Origin: an uncultured Actinomycetota bacterium
GTDB lineage: Bacteria > Actinomycetota > Actinomycetes > Propionibacteriales > Nocardioidaceae
Length of the DNA stretch: 64,000 nucleotides
Direction of reading: 5' to 3'
NCBI GenBank assembly: GCA_963742815.1
Contig: CAVUNJ010000008.1
Coordinates: 84,925 to 148,924 of the forward strand
Positions 46,438 to 56,184 of the stretch are shown here, one piece after another. Both the position numbers and the translations under genes were made by a program. The first letter of the stretch is position 1, and every line of letters starts with the position of its first letter. The notes under the pieces were generated by a model that was given only the letters and a program-made list of their open reading frames with translations, searched no databases and had not been told where the DNA came from.

Positions 46438-48364
46438 GCGAGAGCCGAAGGGCGCCCGACGCAGTTCCCGTTCGGCATGCTGACGGCGGATGCCGGCGCA
46501 GGTGCCGACCCCGTGCTCGTCGAGATCGTCCAGGGTTCCCTGGCCTCGGTCGAGATGGAGGTCGAGACCGCGATCGGACGTACGTCGCGCAGCCCGATGA
46601 TCCGCGACGCCCACGACTTCCGGGCCGGGATCCACGACCGGCTGCTGCGCAAGCTGACCGGGCGGTCCTACTCGGCGTTGGTGCACCCGGTCGCGCGCGA
46701 CTTCCCCATCGAGGAGATGCAGGAGGGAGACGTCTTCTTCCACAACGACGTCTACCGCTCCGAGGGCGGCATCGGCCACCTCCCGGACCTCTGTGTCACA
46801 GTTCCGGTCCTCGCCGGACCGTCGACTGAGCGTCGCGTGGTGGCCTTCGTGCAGGCGTTCGGCCACCACGACGACATCGGCGGCGCGGTCCCCGGGTCGA
46901 TGCCCTCCCACGCGACCAGCGTGTTCGAGGAAGGCCTGATGGTTCCGCCGATCCGGCTCTGGGACGCCGGCGTACCCAACAAGGCCGCTCTGGCCATCAT
47001 GACCCGCAACTCCCGGATGCCGGAGAGCCTTGCGGCCGACCTCGACGCCGAGTGCTCGGCCTGCCTGATGGGTGCCCGCCGCCTCGGCGAGCTGTTCGAC
47101 CGCTACGGCGTGGACACGGTCGAGTCCTGCTTCGACGCGATCATCGACCGTACGACGACGACCTACCGTCGCGAGATCCTCTCCCAGATTCCCGTGGGGG
47201 AGTGGGTGTGGGAGGACTACGCCGAGCACGACGGTGTCGAGGTGCCGAAGCTGCACACCCAGCGGATCTCGATGACCCGTACGCCGGCCGATGATCCGGA
47301 CGGCGAGCGGCTGATCCTCGACTTCGCGGGCACCGGCCCGCAGGCCAGGGGCCCGATCAACCACTGCGGCAACTACAGCGACGGGGTGTTCCTGAAGAAG
47401 TGGCTCGCTCCGATCCTGCGCAATCTCGCCGAGAGCCCGGAGCGGATGGCCGAGCTCGACGTCAACGAGGGGATCGTGCCGCTGATCGAGATGCGGTTCC
47501 CACCGCCGGGGACGCTGCTCACGCCGGTCTTCCCGGCGCCCACCAACGCGCGCACGTTCGTGATCCTGCGACTGCTCGGGGTGCTGGCGGGTGTCGTGGC
47601 GAAAGCCGTCGACGGGCGGATGCCGGCCGACCAGGAGACGATCCGCTACACCGGCGTCTACGGGGAGGACCTGGACGGACGCCCCTACCTGATGCGCGAG
47701 GTGCTCGGTGGCGGATCCGGTGGGCGCTACTACGCCGACGGCGAGGACACGATCCACGTCGTACCCGACTCCCGGAACCTGCCCAGCGAGTTCACCGAGT
47801 CGCGCTTCCCTTTGCGCGTGGAAAGCCTCGGCCTCGCGACGGACTCCGGCGGGGCCGGGCAGTTCCGCGGGGGCCTCGGCTACGAGAAGCACATCCGGAT
47901 GCTCAAGGACGGGCACTTCATGTCGATCGCCGACCGATCCATCCTGGCGTGCTGGGGCGTGAAGGGCGGGTTGGCGGGCAAGCCGTTCGAGGTTGTCATC
48001 GACCCGGGCGGGCCGAACGAGCGGGCGGTCGACGCGCTCGCGGACGACGAGCCGGTCAGGGCCGGCGAGGTGATCCGGATCCGGACGACCGGCGGCGGCG
48101 GCTGGGGCAACCCCCTCGAGCGCGATCCGCACCTCGTCGTCCGGGACGTGGTGTGGCGCAAGGTCTCGCCGGAGGCGGCGATTGACGGCGTACGGCGTCG
48201 TGCTCATCGGCTCGCTTGCGGACGACTCGCTCGGGTACGACGCGGACGCGACCGTGGCCGAGAGGGCCGCCAGACCGGCCGCCTCCGAGGCGTTCTTCGA
48301 CCGCGGACCGGGTTACGCGCGTCTCTCCGGCGGGGCGACGTACGCCGAGGTCGACCTGCCATGA
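46434..48364 (+). pseudogene. Hydantoinase B/oxoprolinase subunit (HyuB-like) with two apparent +1 insertions
   Basis: Core motifs RTSRSP.IRD, NDVY..GG.HLPD, H..DIGG..PGS, TTGGGGWG. Removing one C at 46455-46457 joins the coupled ATG 46434 to the core (MSESRRAPTQFPFG). Removing A48181 restores EAALTAYGVVL...DLP-stop at 48364. Confidence 0.75.
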
Positions 48365-49359
48365 GGGTCCTGTTCGCCCTGGGTGGCAACGCGATGACGA
48401 ACCCGGACGGCCGCGCGCGGCCCGAGGACCAGATCGCTGCGGCGAGGATCGCAGCCGAGTCGGTGGCCGAGGTCGTCGCGCAGGGCGTGGACGTGCTCAT
48501 CACGCATGGCAACGGACCGCAGGTCGGGAACCTGCTGGTGAAGAACGAGATCGCCGCCGCCGTCGTACCTCCGGTGCCGCTGGACTGGTGCGGCGCCCAG
48601 ACCCAGGCAACGCTGGGCTTCGTGCTGATGAACGCCCTGGACGACGCCCTGCGGGCACGGGGCGTCGAGCGGCCAACGGCCACCGTCGTCACGCGCACCC
48701 TCGTCGCCTTGGACGACCCGGGGTTCAGCCACCCGACGAAACCGATCGGCCGCCACCTGCCACAGGCCGAGGCGCAGGTGCTGGTCGAGCACGGTGAAAC
48801 CTGGGAGGACCGTGGCGAGAAGGGCTGGCGCCGGATGGTTGCGTCTCCCGAGCCGCTCGAGATCGTCGACGCCCCTGCAATCGGCGCGCTCGTCGACTCC
48901 GGATTTGTCGTGATCGCCAACGGCGGCGGCGGGATCCCGGTCGTGTTCCGTGAGGAAGGGTTCCTGGACGGCGTCGAGGCCGTGATCGACAAGGACCTCG
49001 GTGCGGCCCTGCTCGCGGACACGGTGGGGGTCGACGTGCTGGTGATCGTCACCGACGTACCGCAGGCGGTGCTGCACTTCGGCACACCCGACGCCACCCC
49101 GATCGGCCGGGTCACGGTGACCGAGCTCCGGAGGCTCGCCACCGAGGGGCACTTCGCCAGCGGGTCCATGGGGCCCAAGGTGGACGCGGCCTGCCGCTTC
49201 GTTGAACGCGGCGGAACCCGAGCCGTGATCACCAGCCTGAGCAACATCGTCGACGCGGTGCCCGGAAACCTCGGCACCGTCGTACTGCCTGAGCCACCCC
49301 CACCCTCCAACAACCCGCCATCGAGCCACCCAACAGAGACGACACCAGGAGTGCAGTGA
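48361..49359 (+). CDS. arcC: Carbamate kinase
   Basis: [57 protein letters not shown]; own ATG 48361 in an ATGA overlap. Confidence 0.92.
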   Translation: MRVLFALGGNAMTNPDGRARPEDQIAAARIAAESVAEVVAQGVDVLITHGNGPQVGNLLVKNEIAAAVVPPVPLDWCGAQTQATLGFVLMNALDDALRARGVERPTATVVTRTLVALDDPGFSHPTKPIGRHLPQAEAQVLVEHGETWEDRGEKGWRRMVASPEPLEIVDAPAIGALVDSGFVVIANGGGGIPVVFREEGFLDGVEAVIDKDLGAALLADTVGVDVLVIVTDVPQAVLHFGTPDATPIGRVTVTELRRLATEGHFASGSMGPKVDAACRFVERGGTRAVITSLSNIVDAVPGNLGTVVLPEPPPPSNNPPSSHPTETTPGVQ

Positions 49360-49360
49360 C

Positions 49361-50464
49361 ATGCCAGACGCCATCGAAGTACGCAAGGTCCCGATCCATT
49401 CGGTCGCCGACGCCAGCGAGCTCGCCAAGCTGATCGACGACGGCGTGATGCACGCGGACCGGGTGATCGCCATCATCGGCAAGACCGAGGGCAACGGCGG
49501 CGTCAACGACTACACCCGGATCATCGCGGACCGTGCGTTCCGCGAGGTGCTCGTCGACAAGGGAGCTCCGGCCGAGCAGGTGAAGCAGATCCCGATCGTG
49601 TGGTCCGGAGGCACCGACGGGGTGATCAGCCCGCACGCCACGATCTTCGCGACGGTGGCACCGGAGGATGCCGTGGCGTCCGATGAGCCGCGGCTCACCG
49701 TGGGATTCGCGATGAGCGAGGTGCTGCTCCCCGAAGACATCGGGCGGGTGGCGATGATCGAGAAGGTCGCCGCGGCGACGAAGGACGCGATGGAGAAGGC
49801 AGGGATCACGGACCCGGCCGAGGTGCACTACGTCCAGACCAAGACGCCGCTGCTGACGGTGCACACCATCCGCGACGCCAAGTCCCGGGGCAAGACGGTG
49901 TGGACCGAGCACACCCACGAGTCGATGGACCTCTCCAACGGGACGACGGCTCTCGGGATCGGCGTCGCGCTGGGCGAGATCGAGATGCCGACCGACGCCG
50001 ACGTGATGCACGACCGCTCCCTGTTCTCGGCCGTGGCGTCCTGTTCGTCGGGTGTGGAGCTCGACCAGGCTCAGGTGGTCGTGGTCGGCAACGCGCCCGG
50101 TGTCGGCGGGCGTTACCGGATCGGGCACTCGGTGATGAAGGACGCGCTCGACGCGGACGGCATCTGGGCGGCGATCAAGGACGCGGGTCTGGACCTCCCG
50201 GAGCGACCGCACACCTCCGATCTCGAAGACCGGCTGGTGAACGTCTTCCTCAAGTGCGAGGTCTCGCAGGATGGCGTCGTCCGCGGGCGGCGTAACGCGA
50301 TGCTCGACGACTCCGACGTGCACTGGCACCGCCAGATCAAGGCAGCCGTGGGCGGCGTCACGGCCGCCGTGACCGGCGACCCCGCCGTCTTCGTCTCGGT
50401 CTCGGCGGCGCACCAGGGTCCCGACGGCGGCGGCCCGGTTGCCGCGATCGTCGACCTCGGCTGA
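49361..50464 (+). CDS. bar: Barbiturase (AtzD/barbiturase cyclic amide hydrolase family)
   Basis: [39 protein letters not shown]-terminal [10 protein letters not shown] (barbiturase type, versus SGGxEHQGP in cyanuric acid hydrolases). Confidence 0.92.
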   Translation: MPDAIEVRKVPIHSVADASELAKLIDDGVMHADRVIAIIGKTEGNGGVNDYTRIIADRAFREVLVDKGAPAEQVKQIPIVWSGGTDGVISPHATIFATVAPEDAVASDEPRLTVGFAMSEVLLPEDIGRVAMIEKVAAATKDAMEKAGITDPAEVHYVQTKTPLLTVHTIRDAKSRGKTVWTEHTHESMDLSNGTTALGIGVALGEIEMPTDADVMHDRSLFSAVASCSSGVELDQAQVVVVGNAPGVGGRYRIGHSVMKDALDADGIWAAIKDAGLDLPERPHTSDLEDRLVNVFLKCEVSQDGVVRGRRNAMLDDSDVHWHRQIKAAVGGVTAAVTGDPAVFVSVSAAHQGPDGGGPVAAIVDLG

Positions 50465-50477
50465 TTCTCCTCCGACG

Positions 50478-52016
50478 TCAATCCCGGGGGACCGCCAGGA
50501 CGGTTTCCGTGTTGCGCCCGCGCAGAGTGACCGTGTCGTGGCGCTTCCAGTGGCTCGCTTCGTCCTCGCCGGCCGCCTGCACGGACTCCCAGCCGGCCAG
50601 CAGGCGGCCGTCTACTTCCTTGGCGAGCTCGGTGAGCCGGGCCGCCGCGTTCACGGCGTCGCCGATCACGGTGTACTCGAAGCGCGATTCGTCACCCACG
50701 TTGCCGGCGACCGCCTCCCCGGTGGCGACGCCGATCCCGGCCGTGAGCTCGGGAACCTCTTCGGCGAGGCGCTTCGCCATCGCCCGGGCAGCGCCCAGCG
50801 CCTGGCTCGCGTGGTCCGTGAGCTCGACCGGCGCCCCGAAGATCGCGAGGACGGCGTCGCCGATGAACTTGTTGACCAGCCCGTGGTGCCGGTCGACCTC
50901 CTCGACGACCACGGCGAAGAACTTGTTGAGCAACTCGACCACCTCGGCCGGGTCGTGCTCGGCCGCCAGTTCGGTGGAGCCGATGAGGTCGACGAACAGC
51001 ACTGATACGACGCGGGTCTCGCCGCCCAGCTCGACGTCGCCGAGCGCCGCTGCGTCGGCCACCTCCCGGCCGACGTGCCGGCCGAAGAGGTCACGGAGGT
51101 GCTCCCGTTCGCGGAGGCCGCGGACCATCTGGTTGAACCCGGCCTGCAGCTGGCCGAGCTCGGTGCCGTCGTACACCTGCACCTCGGTGTCGAGGTTGCC
51201 GTCCTCGACCTCCTGCATCGCGTTGCGGACGGCGATGATCGGTGCGACCACAGCCCGCGAGTTGAGCCAGGTGACGAGCAGCCCGAAGCAGAGCACGGCC
51301 CCGCCGAGGACGAGCACCACCACCGCCAGCTTGGTCAGCGAGACGTCGCCCAGCGTGAGTGTCAGGATCGCCACGACGATCAGGCCGGCGACCGGTGCTC
51401 CCGTGCCGAGTCCCCAGAAGAGCAGCACCCTTCGTCGTACGCCGAGCCCGCGGACGCGCAGCCGCTCCTCACCGGACAGCGCACGTGCGGCGACCGGGCG
51501 CAGTGCGAACTCGCTGAGCAGGAAGGCGATCGCGCAGACCATGAGCGACGCGATGCCGACCGTGAGCGCAGTAGTGAGGGCGCGCTCGGGTTGGAGCAGG
51601 GCGGCGAGGACCGTGAAGAGTGCCGTCGCGCCGAGCCAGAGGCCTGCCTGGATCCGAGTCAGGAACCAGGGGACGCCGAGCGCCTGGAGTCGTTCTGCGT
51701 CGACAGGGATCCGCTCCTCGAAGACCCACCGGTGCGCCCTCAGACCACCGGCCGTCCCCCAGGCCACGCCCACGAGGATCGCGACGCCGACGTAGACGGG
51801 CACCGCGATCTGCAACGCCAGCAGGGTGTCGTCATCCGGCGCCGGGCTCGGCATCACCAGAGTCGAGAGCACGAACACGATGCCCGCTCCGACGAGGTTC
51901 GTCCCGAGCAGCAGGACCGTGAGCAGCACCTGGATCCGCACTCGCAGGCGGTCGGCCGGCTGGTCCGCCGGACCGAGCAGGACCGAGCCGAAGGCGCCGG
52001 GTTCCCTGCGTGCCAC
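50478..52016 (-). CDS. Membrane-bound class III adenylate/guanylate cyclase with HAMP domain
   Basis: Six TM segments, ELGQLQAGFNQM HAMP, VLFVDLIGST, NKFIGDA, YTVIGDAVNAAARL. Confidence 0.92.
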   Translation of the reverse strand: MARREPGAFGSVLLGPADQPADRLRVRIQVLLTVLLLGTNLVGAGIVFVLSTLVMPSPAPDDDTLLALQIAVPVYVGVAILVGVAWGTAGGLRAHRWVFEERIPVDAERLQALGVPWFLTRIQAGLWLGATALFTVLAALLQPERALTTALTVGIASLMVCAIAFLLSEFALRPVAARALSGEERLRVRGLGVRRRVLLFWGLGTGAPVAGLIVVAILTLTLGDVSLTKLAVVVLVLGGAVLCFGLLVTWLNSRAVVAPIIAVRNAMQEVEDGNLDTEVQVYDGTELGQLQAGFNQMVRGLREREHLRDLFGRHVGREVADAAALGDVELGGETRVVSVLFVDLIGSTELAAEHDPAEVVELLNKFFAVVVEEVDRHHGLVNKFIGDAVLAIFGAPVELTDHASQALGAARAMAKRLAEEVPELTAGIGVATGEAVAGNVGDESRFEYTVIGDAVNAAARLTELAKEVDGRLLAGWESVQAAGEDEASHWKRHDTVTLRGRNTETVLAVPRD

Positions 52017-52103
52017 CTGACCTGCTCCCGTCGTCGCCGTGCTCGAGCTCGGGCGGAGCCAAGCCTAGGGCTCGCGTCGGAGCGGGTTTACCTGTGGAAC
52101 GGC

Positions 52104-52733
52104 TCAGTCAGCGAGCACGAGCGGCATCAGGCCGTTCACCTGGGTGACCAGGTCGGTCAGGGCCGTGGGGCTGCCGGAGACGTGGCCGAGCAGTGCCTGC
52201 TGGAACACGCCGTCGAACACGCCGTACGCCGCTGCCGGGGTCATTGCGACGGGGCGGCCGCTGAGCTCGGCGTAGCGGGTGACGATCCGCCAGACCATGT
52301 CCTCGAGGGTCTTGTCGATCATCGTGACCGCCTCGCGAAGCGGCTCCTCGAACATGCTCCGGGTGCGGACGTCGTACCAGAGGCGGTGCATCGGCGCCTC
52401 CTCCTGCAGCGTCTCGACCAGCTTGGCCGCGAAGGCGTCGAGCAGTTCCTCGGGACTCGTGGAGTCTGCGACCACGGAGTCGTAGCGGGCCACGCACTGC
52501 GCCTTGTAGTAGCGCACGCAGTAGACGATCAGCTCCAGCTTGTCCTTGAAGTAGTAGTGCACGACGCCGTGGCTGAACTCGGAGTTGTGAGCGATCTCCC
52601 GCAGGCTGGCTCCGGCATATCCGAGCTCGCCCAGGGTCTGCAGCGCCGACTCGGCGAGCTGGTTGCGCCGTTCGTCGTACCTGTCGGCCGGGGCGCGTCT
52701 GGGCCTCTTCCTCGTGACTGCAGCAATGCCCAT
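52104..52733 (-). CDS. TetR family regulator
   Basis: ATG 52733 with SD AAGGAGGTG; LGYAGASLREIA...SHGVVHYYFKDK HTH. Confidence 0.9.
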   Translation of the reverse strand: MGIAAVTRKRPRRAPADRYDERRNQLAESALQTLGELGYAGASLREIAHNSEFSHGVVHYYFKDKLELIVYCVRYYKAQCVARYDSVVADSTSPEELLDAFAAKLVETLQEEAPMHRLWYDVRTRSMFEEPLREAVTMIDKTLEDMVWRIVTRYAELSGRPVAMTPAAAYGVFDGVFQQALLGHVSGSPTALTDLVTQVNGLMPLVLAD

Positions 52734-52824
52734 GCGCACCTCCTTGAGTCGTCCGTGGCTCAGCTGAATCGAGTGTGGAGCGACTACCCGGAAATGGGGG
52801 ATTCCCGGGTAGCCGCCCGTTGTG

Positions 52825-52862
52825 CTTGACAAGTGTCCAGAAATTCCTTGACAAGCGTCAAG
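52825..52862. promoter_or_regulatory. Tandem TetR-type operators overlapping TTGACA -35 hexamers
   Basis: CTTGAC-AAGT-GTCCAG (52825-52840) and perfect CTTGAC-AAGC-GTCAAG (52847-52862). Confidence 0.7.
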
Positions 52863-52869
52863 ACCCAAC

Positions 52870-53202
52870 ATCCTGAGCACCGCACTGGGTCTCAAGCATC
52901 GACAAGGGCGGCAGCGTCATCAACATCTCCTCGGTCGCCGCCACGATCGCGTTCCCCGGAATACTGGTGTACGCCGCCACCAAGTCAGCGATCGACCGGC
53001 TGACCCGTGTCTCGGCGATGGCAACCGGAAAGCTCAGGTACGGCGTACGGGTGGTGAACTGCGTCTGTCCTGGCCTAGTGCCAACAGCCATCGGCGCGGG
53101 CCGCGCGACCGACATGGCCGACGCCGTCGTCTTCTCGCCTCGGATGCCTCACGCTTCGTCAACGGCTTCGGCCTGCCGGTCGACGGCGGGATGGGGATGT
53201 GA
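52870..53202 (+). pseudogene. Short-chain dehydrogenase/reductase remnant
   Basis: GGSVINISSVA, YAATK (YxxxK), NCVCPG, then after a frame change ASRFVNGFGLPVDGG-stop; the N-terminal Rossmann fold is missing. Confidence 0.8.
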
Positions 53203-53269
53203 GCACCGGGACTGACGTCCGCCCCGATTTGGAGGAGCCGCGAGCAGTCGCGTAACCTGATCTCACCGA

Positions 53270-53343
53270 CGCGGGGTGGAGCAGCTCGGTAGCTCGCTGG
53301 GCTCATAACCCAGAGGTCGCAGGTTCAAATCCTGCCCCCGCTA
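53270..53343 (+). tRNA. Initiator tRNA-fMet (CAT)
   Basis: CGCGGGG acceptor with unpaired position 1:72, three G-C pairs in the anticodon stem, CAT at 53304-53306, GTTCAAAT T-loop; CCA not encoded. Confidence 0.97.
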
Positions 53344-53364
53344 CAAAGTAGAAGTGCAGGTCAG

Positions 53365-53405
53365 AGGCGGTTTCCGGAGAACTCCGGGAGCCGCCTTTGG
53401 TGTTT
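53365..53405 (+). terminator. Intrinsic terminator after the tRNA
   Basis: AGGCGGTTTCCGGAG / CTCCGGGAGCCGCCT stem followed by TTGGTGTTT. Confidence 0.75.
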
Positions 53406-53694
53406 CTCGACCGCTGGTTGTCCGCATCTGTAAGCAGTCGGCGCACGGCTCTGGTCACGGCCTTAGCCACTACGGCTGTCGAGATCGCGTACACGATCTG
53501 GATGAGCAGGGACATCCGGGGACGAGCTGAGCCCTGTGTGGACGTCGTTCTGGCGACATCTGGGCCCTGACCTCTGGGTCAATGGCAAACAACATGGCGG
53601 ATGCCGCGCCGATCTAAGTCGTCAATCATGTGCAGCGTAGGGAGGACCATCGGCACGCTCTCCAGAGTTGCGCCGTGTCTACGGCGCAACCGGC

Positions 53695-54494
53695 TCAGCC
53701 GCGCCCGGATGCCCTGCTCGGGGCCCGGTCGATGCGCTCGAGCCGGGTCCGGCCGATCCAACCGCGCTCCTCCAGCAGCTGCAGCAGCCTCGCGGCAATG
53801 GGCACGGTGTCGAGGAATACTTGGTCGAGAAGTGCGACCAGACCGTCGTCGAGCGCGAACTCGTCTGTCTCTTCAAAGTCCTCCCAGCCCTCCGTCGACC
53901 GCTCGATCAGGGACACCAGCCGGTCGGCGAACGCCGGCAGCCGCGGGTCGTCTCAATCCCAGTCGGCCGGCTCGACCAGTTCGAGGTACAGGGCCCTGAC
54001 GGCGGGAGTCTCGACCTCGGCGCTCTTCAGGGACATGAGCGCCGGCATCTGATCGTGGAGCTGGGCGGCAACCAGGATCCAGGCATCGCGCTCCAGGTCG
54101 ACCGCCCGCTGCGGGATGCCGAGCTCACGCAGCCGGGCAAGCTACGCGACGGCCTCCGGCGGCAGCGCCGGGCGGTCACCCGCCGCGAGCTGGCGACCCG
54201 CTCGCGGTGCCGTTGTCGCTCCCGGATCTCGGCACGGAGGCGGCGGTCGATGTCCGCGACCGAAGCCGAGAACTCCGCTTCGTCAGCACCCAAGAGCTCC
54301 TGCACCCGAGAGAGCGGCACTCCGGCATCGGCCAGCGTCCTGATCCGGATCAGTTCTACGACCGCCGCGGCGTCGTAGCGCCGATACCCGGAGTGGTCGC
54401 GCTTGGGCTCGGGCAGCAGCCCCTTGGCGTGGTAGTGCCGGACCGCCCGCACAGTCAAGCCGGCGTAGGCCGCGAGCTGGCTGATCGTCAGCAT
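53695..54494 (-). pseudogene. MerR-family regulator pseudogene
   Basis: MLTISQLAAYAGLTVRAVRHYH...SGYRRY MerR HTH; frameshift near 54195, in-frame TAG near 54142 and TGA near 53953. Confidence 0.85.
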
Positions 54495-54546
54495 GTCCCT
54501 CCTTCGTCGAGTCCGATCTTGCCGCGAAAGCGCGGAAGGGTTCTGG

Positions 54547-55309
54547 CTAGGCGAGCTTTCGCTGGGACGCCGCCATCGCGAAGCCGTACGCGACGACAAG
54601 GGGGCCGACGCACCAGACCAGCGCGAGCCACCCGTCGTTGCCGAGCGGCTGCTCGGCGTACCGATTGCGCAGCGTGTCCACGATCGAGGTGACCGGCTGG
54701 TGCTCGGCGAATCACCGCACCGGGCCAGGCATGCCCTCGGTCGGTACGAAGGCCGAGCTGAGGAACGGCAGGAAGAGCAGCGGGTAGGCGAAGCCGCCCG
54801 CCCTGTCGGTGGACTTCGCGGCCAGGCCGGCGACCACCGCCAACCAGGTCAGCGCCAGCGTGAACAGCACGAGGATGCCCACCACCCCGAGCCATGCGAG
54901 CACGCCCGCGCCCGAGCGGAAGCCCATCGCCAACGCGACGAGCACGACCAGCGCGAGCGAGATCAGGTTGGCCACCAGCGAGGTCAGCACATGGCCCCAC
55001 AGCGTCGCCACCGCGCTATCGGCATCGACTGGAACCGCTCGAAGATCCCACTCTGCAAGTCGAGGAACAGCCGGTACGACGTGTAGGCGACGCCAGAGGC
55101 GACCGTGATCAGCAGGATCCCGGGCAGCAGATAGTTCACGTACCTGCCGCCCTCGCCCGTCTCGATCGCGCTGCCGAATACGTACACGAACAACAGCATC
55201 ATGGCGACCGACGTGATGGCCGTCGTGATGATGGTGTCGGGCTGCGCAGGATGTGGCGCAGGGAGCGCCCGGTCAGAGTGACTGTGTCGGCGAAGAGGTG
55301 CTTGTTCAT
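54547..55309 (-). pseudogene. ABC-2 (DrrB-like) permease pseudogene
   Basis: MNKHLFADT...LRSP / YLLPGIL...GIFERFQSMPIAR / FLSSAFVP...PVR-TGA-FAEHQPVT; frameshifts near 55240 and 55015, nonsense codon at 54712. Confidence 0.85.
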
Positions 55310-55319
55310 CGTCGTTCCC

Positions 55320-56120
55320 TTACAGGTCGGTCTGGGCCGTGGCGGCCTGGTCGGTGTCGGCGTGGGTGTCAGCCGGGGCGTTGTCACCGACGAGGGCGAG
55401 GAAGACCTCCTCGAGGCTGGGCTGCTTCTCGACGTACTCAACCTTGGCGGGCGGGAGCAGCGCCTTGAGCTCGGCAAGGGTGTCGTTCACGATGATGCGG
55501 CCGCGGTGGAGGATGGCGATCCGATCGGCCAGCTGCTCTGCCTCCTCGAGGTACTGCGTGGTGAGCAGCACCGTGGTGCCTCCACGGGCGAGCTTCCGGA
55601 CGGCGCCCGAGACCTCGATGCGGCCCTGCGGGTCGAGGCCGGTCGTCGGCTCGTCGAGGAAGACGACGGGCGGGCTTCCGATGAGGCTCATCGCGGTGTC
55701 GAGCCGTCGACGCATGCCGCCGGAGTACGTCGCGACTCGTCGCCCCCCTGCCTCTGTGAGCGAGAACCGGGCGAGCAGGTCGTCCGCGATGCGACCCGGG
55801 TCTTCGAGGTGGCGCAGTTTGGCGACGAGGACGAGGTTCTCGCGTCCGGTCAGGATCTCGTCGACGGCGGTGAACTGGCCGGTGAGGCTGATCGACTCCC
55901 GCACCCGAGCGGCGTTCGCGGCGACGTCGAAGCCGTGCACGGTCGCAGTGCCGCCGTCTGCCTTCAGTAGCGTGGACAGGATCCGCACGAGGGTGGTCTT
56001 GCCGGCTCCGTTGGAGCCGAGTAGGGCGAGGATGCTGCCCTGGGCGACGTCGAAGTCGACGCCCCAGAGCACCGAGTCTTCGCCGTACGACTTGGTGATT
56101 CCGGCGATGTGGATGGCTGG
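55320..56120 (-). CDS. DrrA-like ABC transporter ATPase (native start codon apparently lost)
   Basis: GSNGAGKTT, YSGGMRRR, FLDEPTTGLDP, TTQYLEEA; no ATG/GTG at the expected N-terminus. Confidence 0.8.
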   Translation of the reverse strand, partial: PAIHIAGITKSYGEDSVLWGVDFDVAQGSILALLGSNGAGKTTLVRILSTLLKADGGTATVHGFDVAANAARVRESISLTGQFTAVDEILTGRENLVLVAKLRHLEDPGRIADDLLARFSLTEAGGRRVATYSGGMRRRLDTAMSLIGSPPVVFLDEPTTGLDPQGRIEVSGAVRKLARGGTTVLLTTQYLEEAEQLADRIAILHRGRIIVNDTLAELKALLPPAKVEYVEKQPSLEEVFLALVGDNAPADTHADTDQAATAQTDL

Positions 56121-56138
56121 TGTCGGTGAGATGGGAAT

Positions 56139-56170
56139 ACTGTGCAAACCTGACGCCGGGTCAAGGTCAA
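56139..56170 (-). promoter_or_regulatory. MerR-type promoter for the ABC module
   Basis: On the minus strand: TTGACC, then a long spacer containing the imperfect dyad TTGAC-CCGGC-GTCAGGT, then CACAGT. Confidence 0.5.
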
Positions 56171-56184
56171 GCAGTCCGCTCTCG

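Noticed and set aside
46477-49359. Native 960-aa HyuB-carbamate kinase fusion
   Set aside because: The natural HyuB C-terminus is in the +1 frame and ends in an ATGA overlap with the kinase's own start; the linker is junk-like.
49361-50464. Cyanuric acid hydrolase AtzD
   Set aside because: The C-terminal motif is [10 protein letters not shown] (barbiturase type), not SGGxEHQGP.
53303-53515. 70-aa minus-strand ORF
   Set aside because: Its end (VAGAGFEPATSGL) is the antisense reading of the tRNA.
53545-53690. Short coding-like fragment (LPTLHMIDDLDRRGIRHVV) on the minus strand
   Set aside because: It may be a gene remnant, but I cannot assign a family or boundaries.
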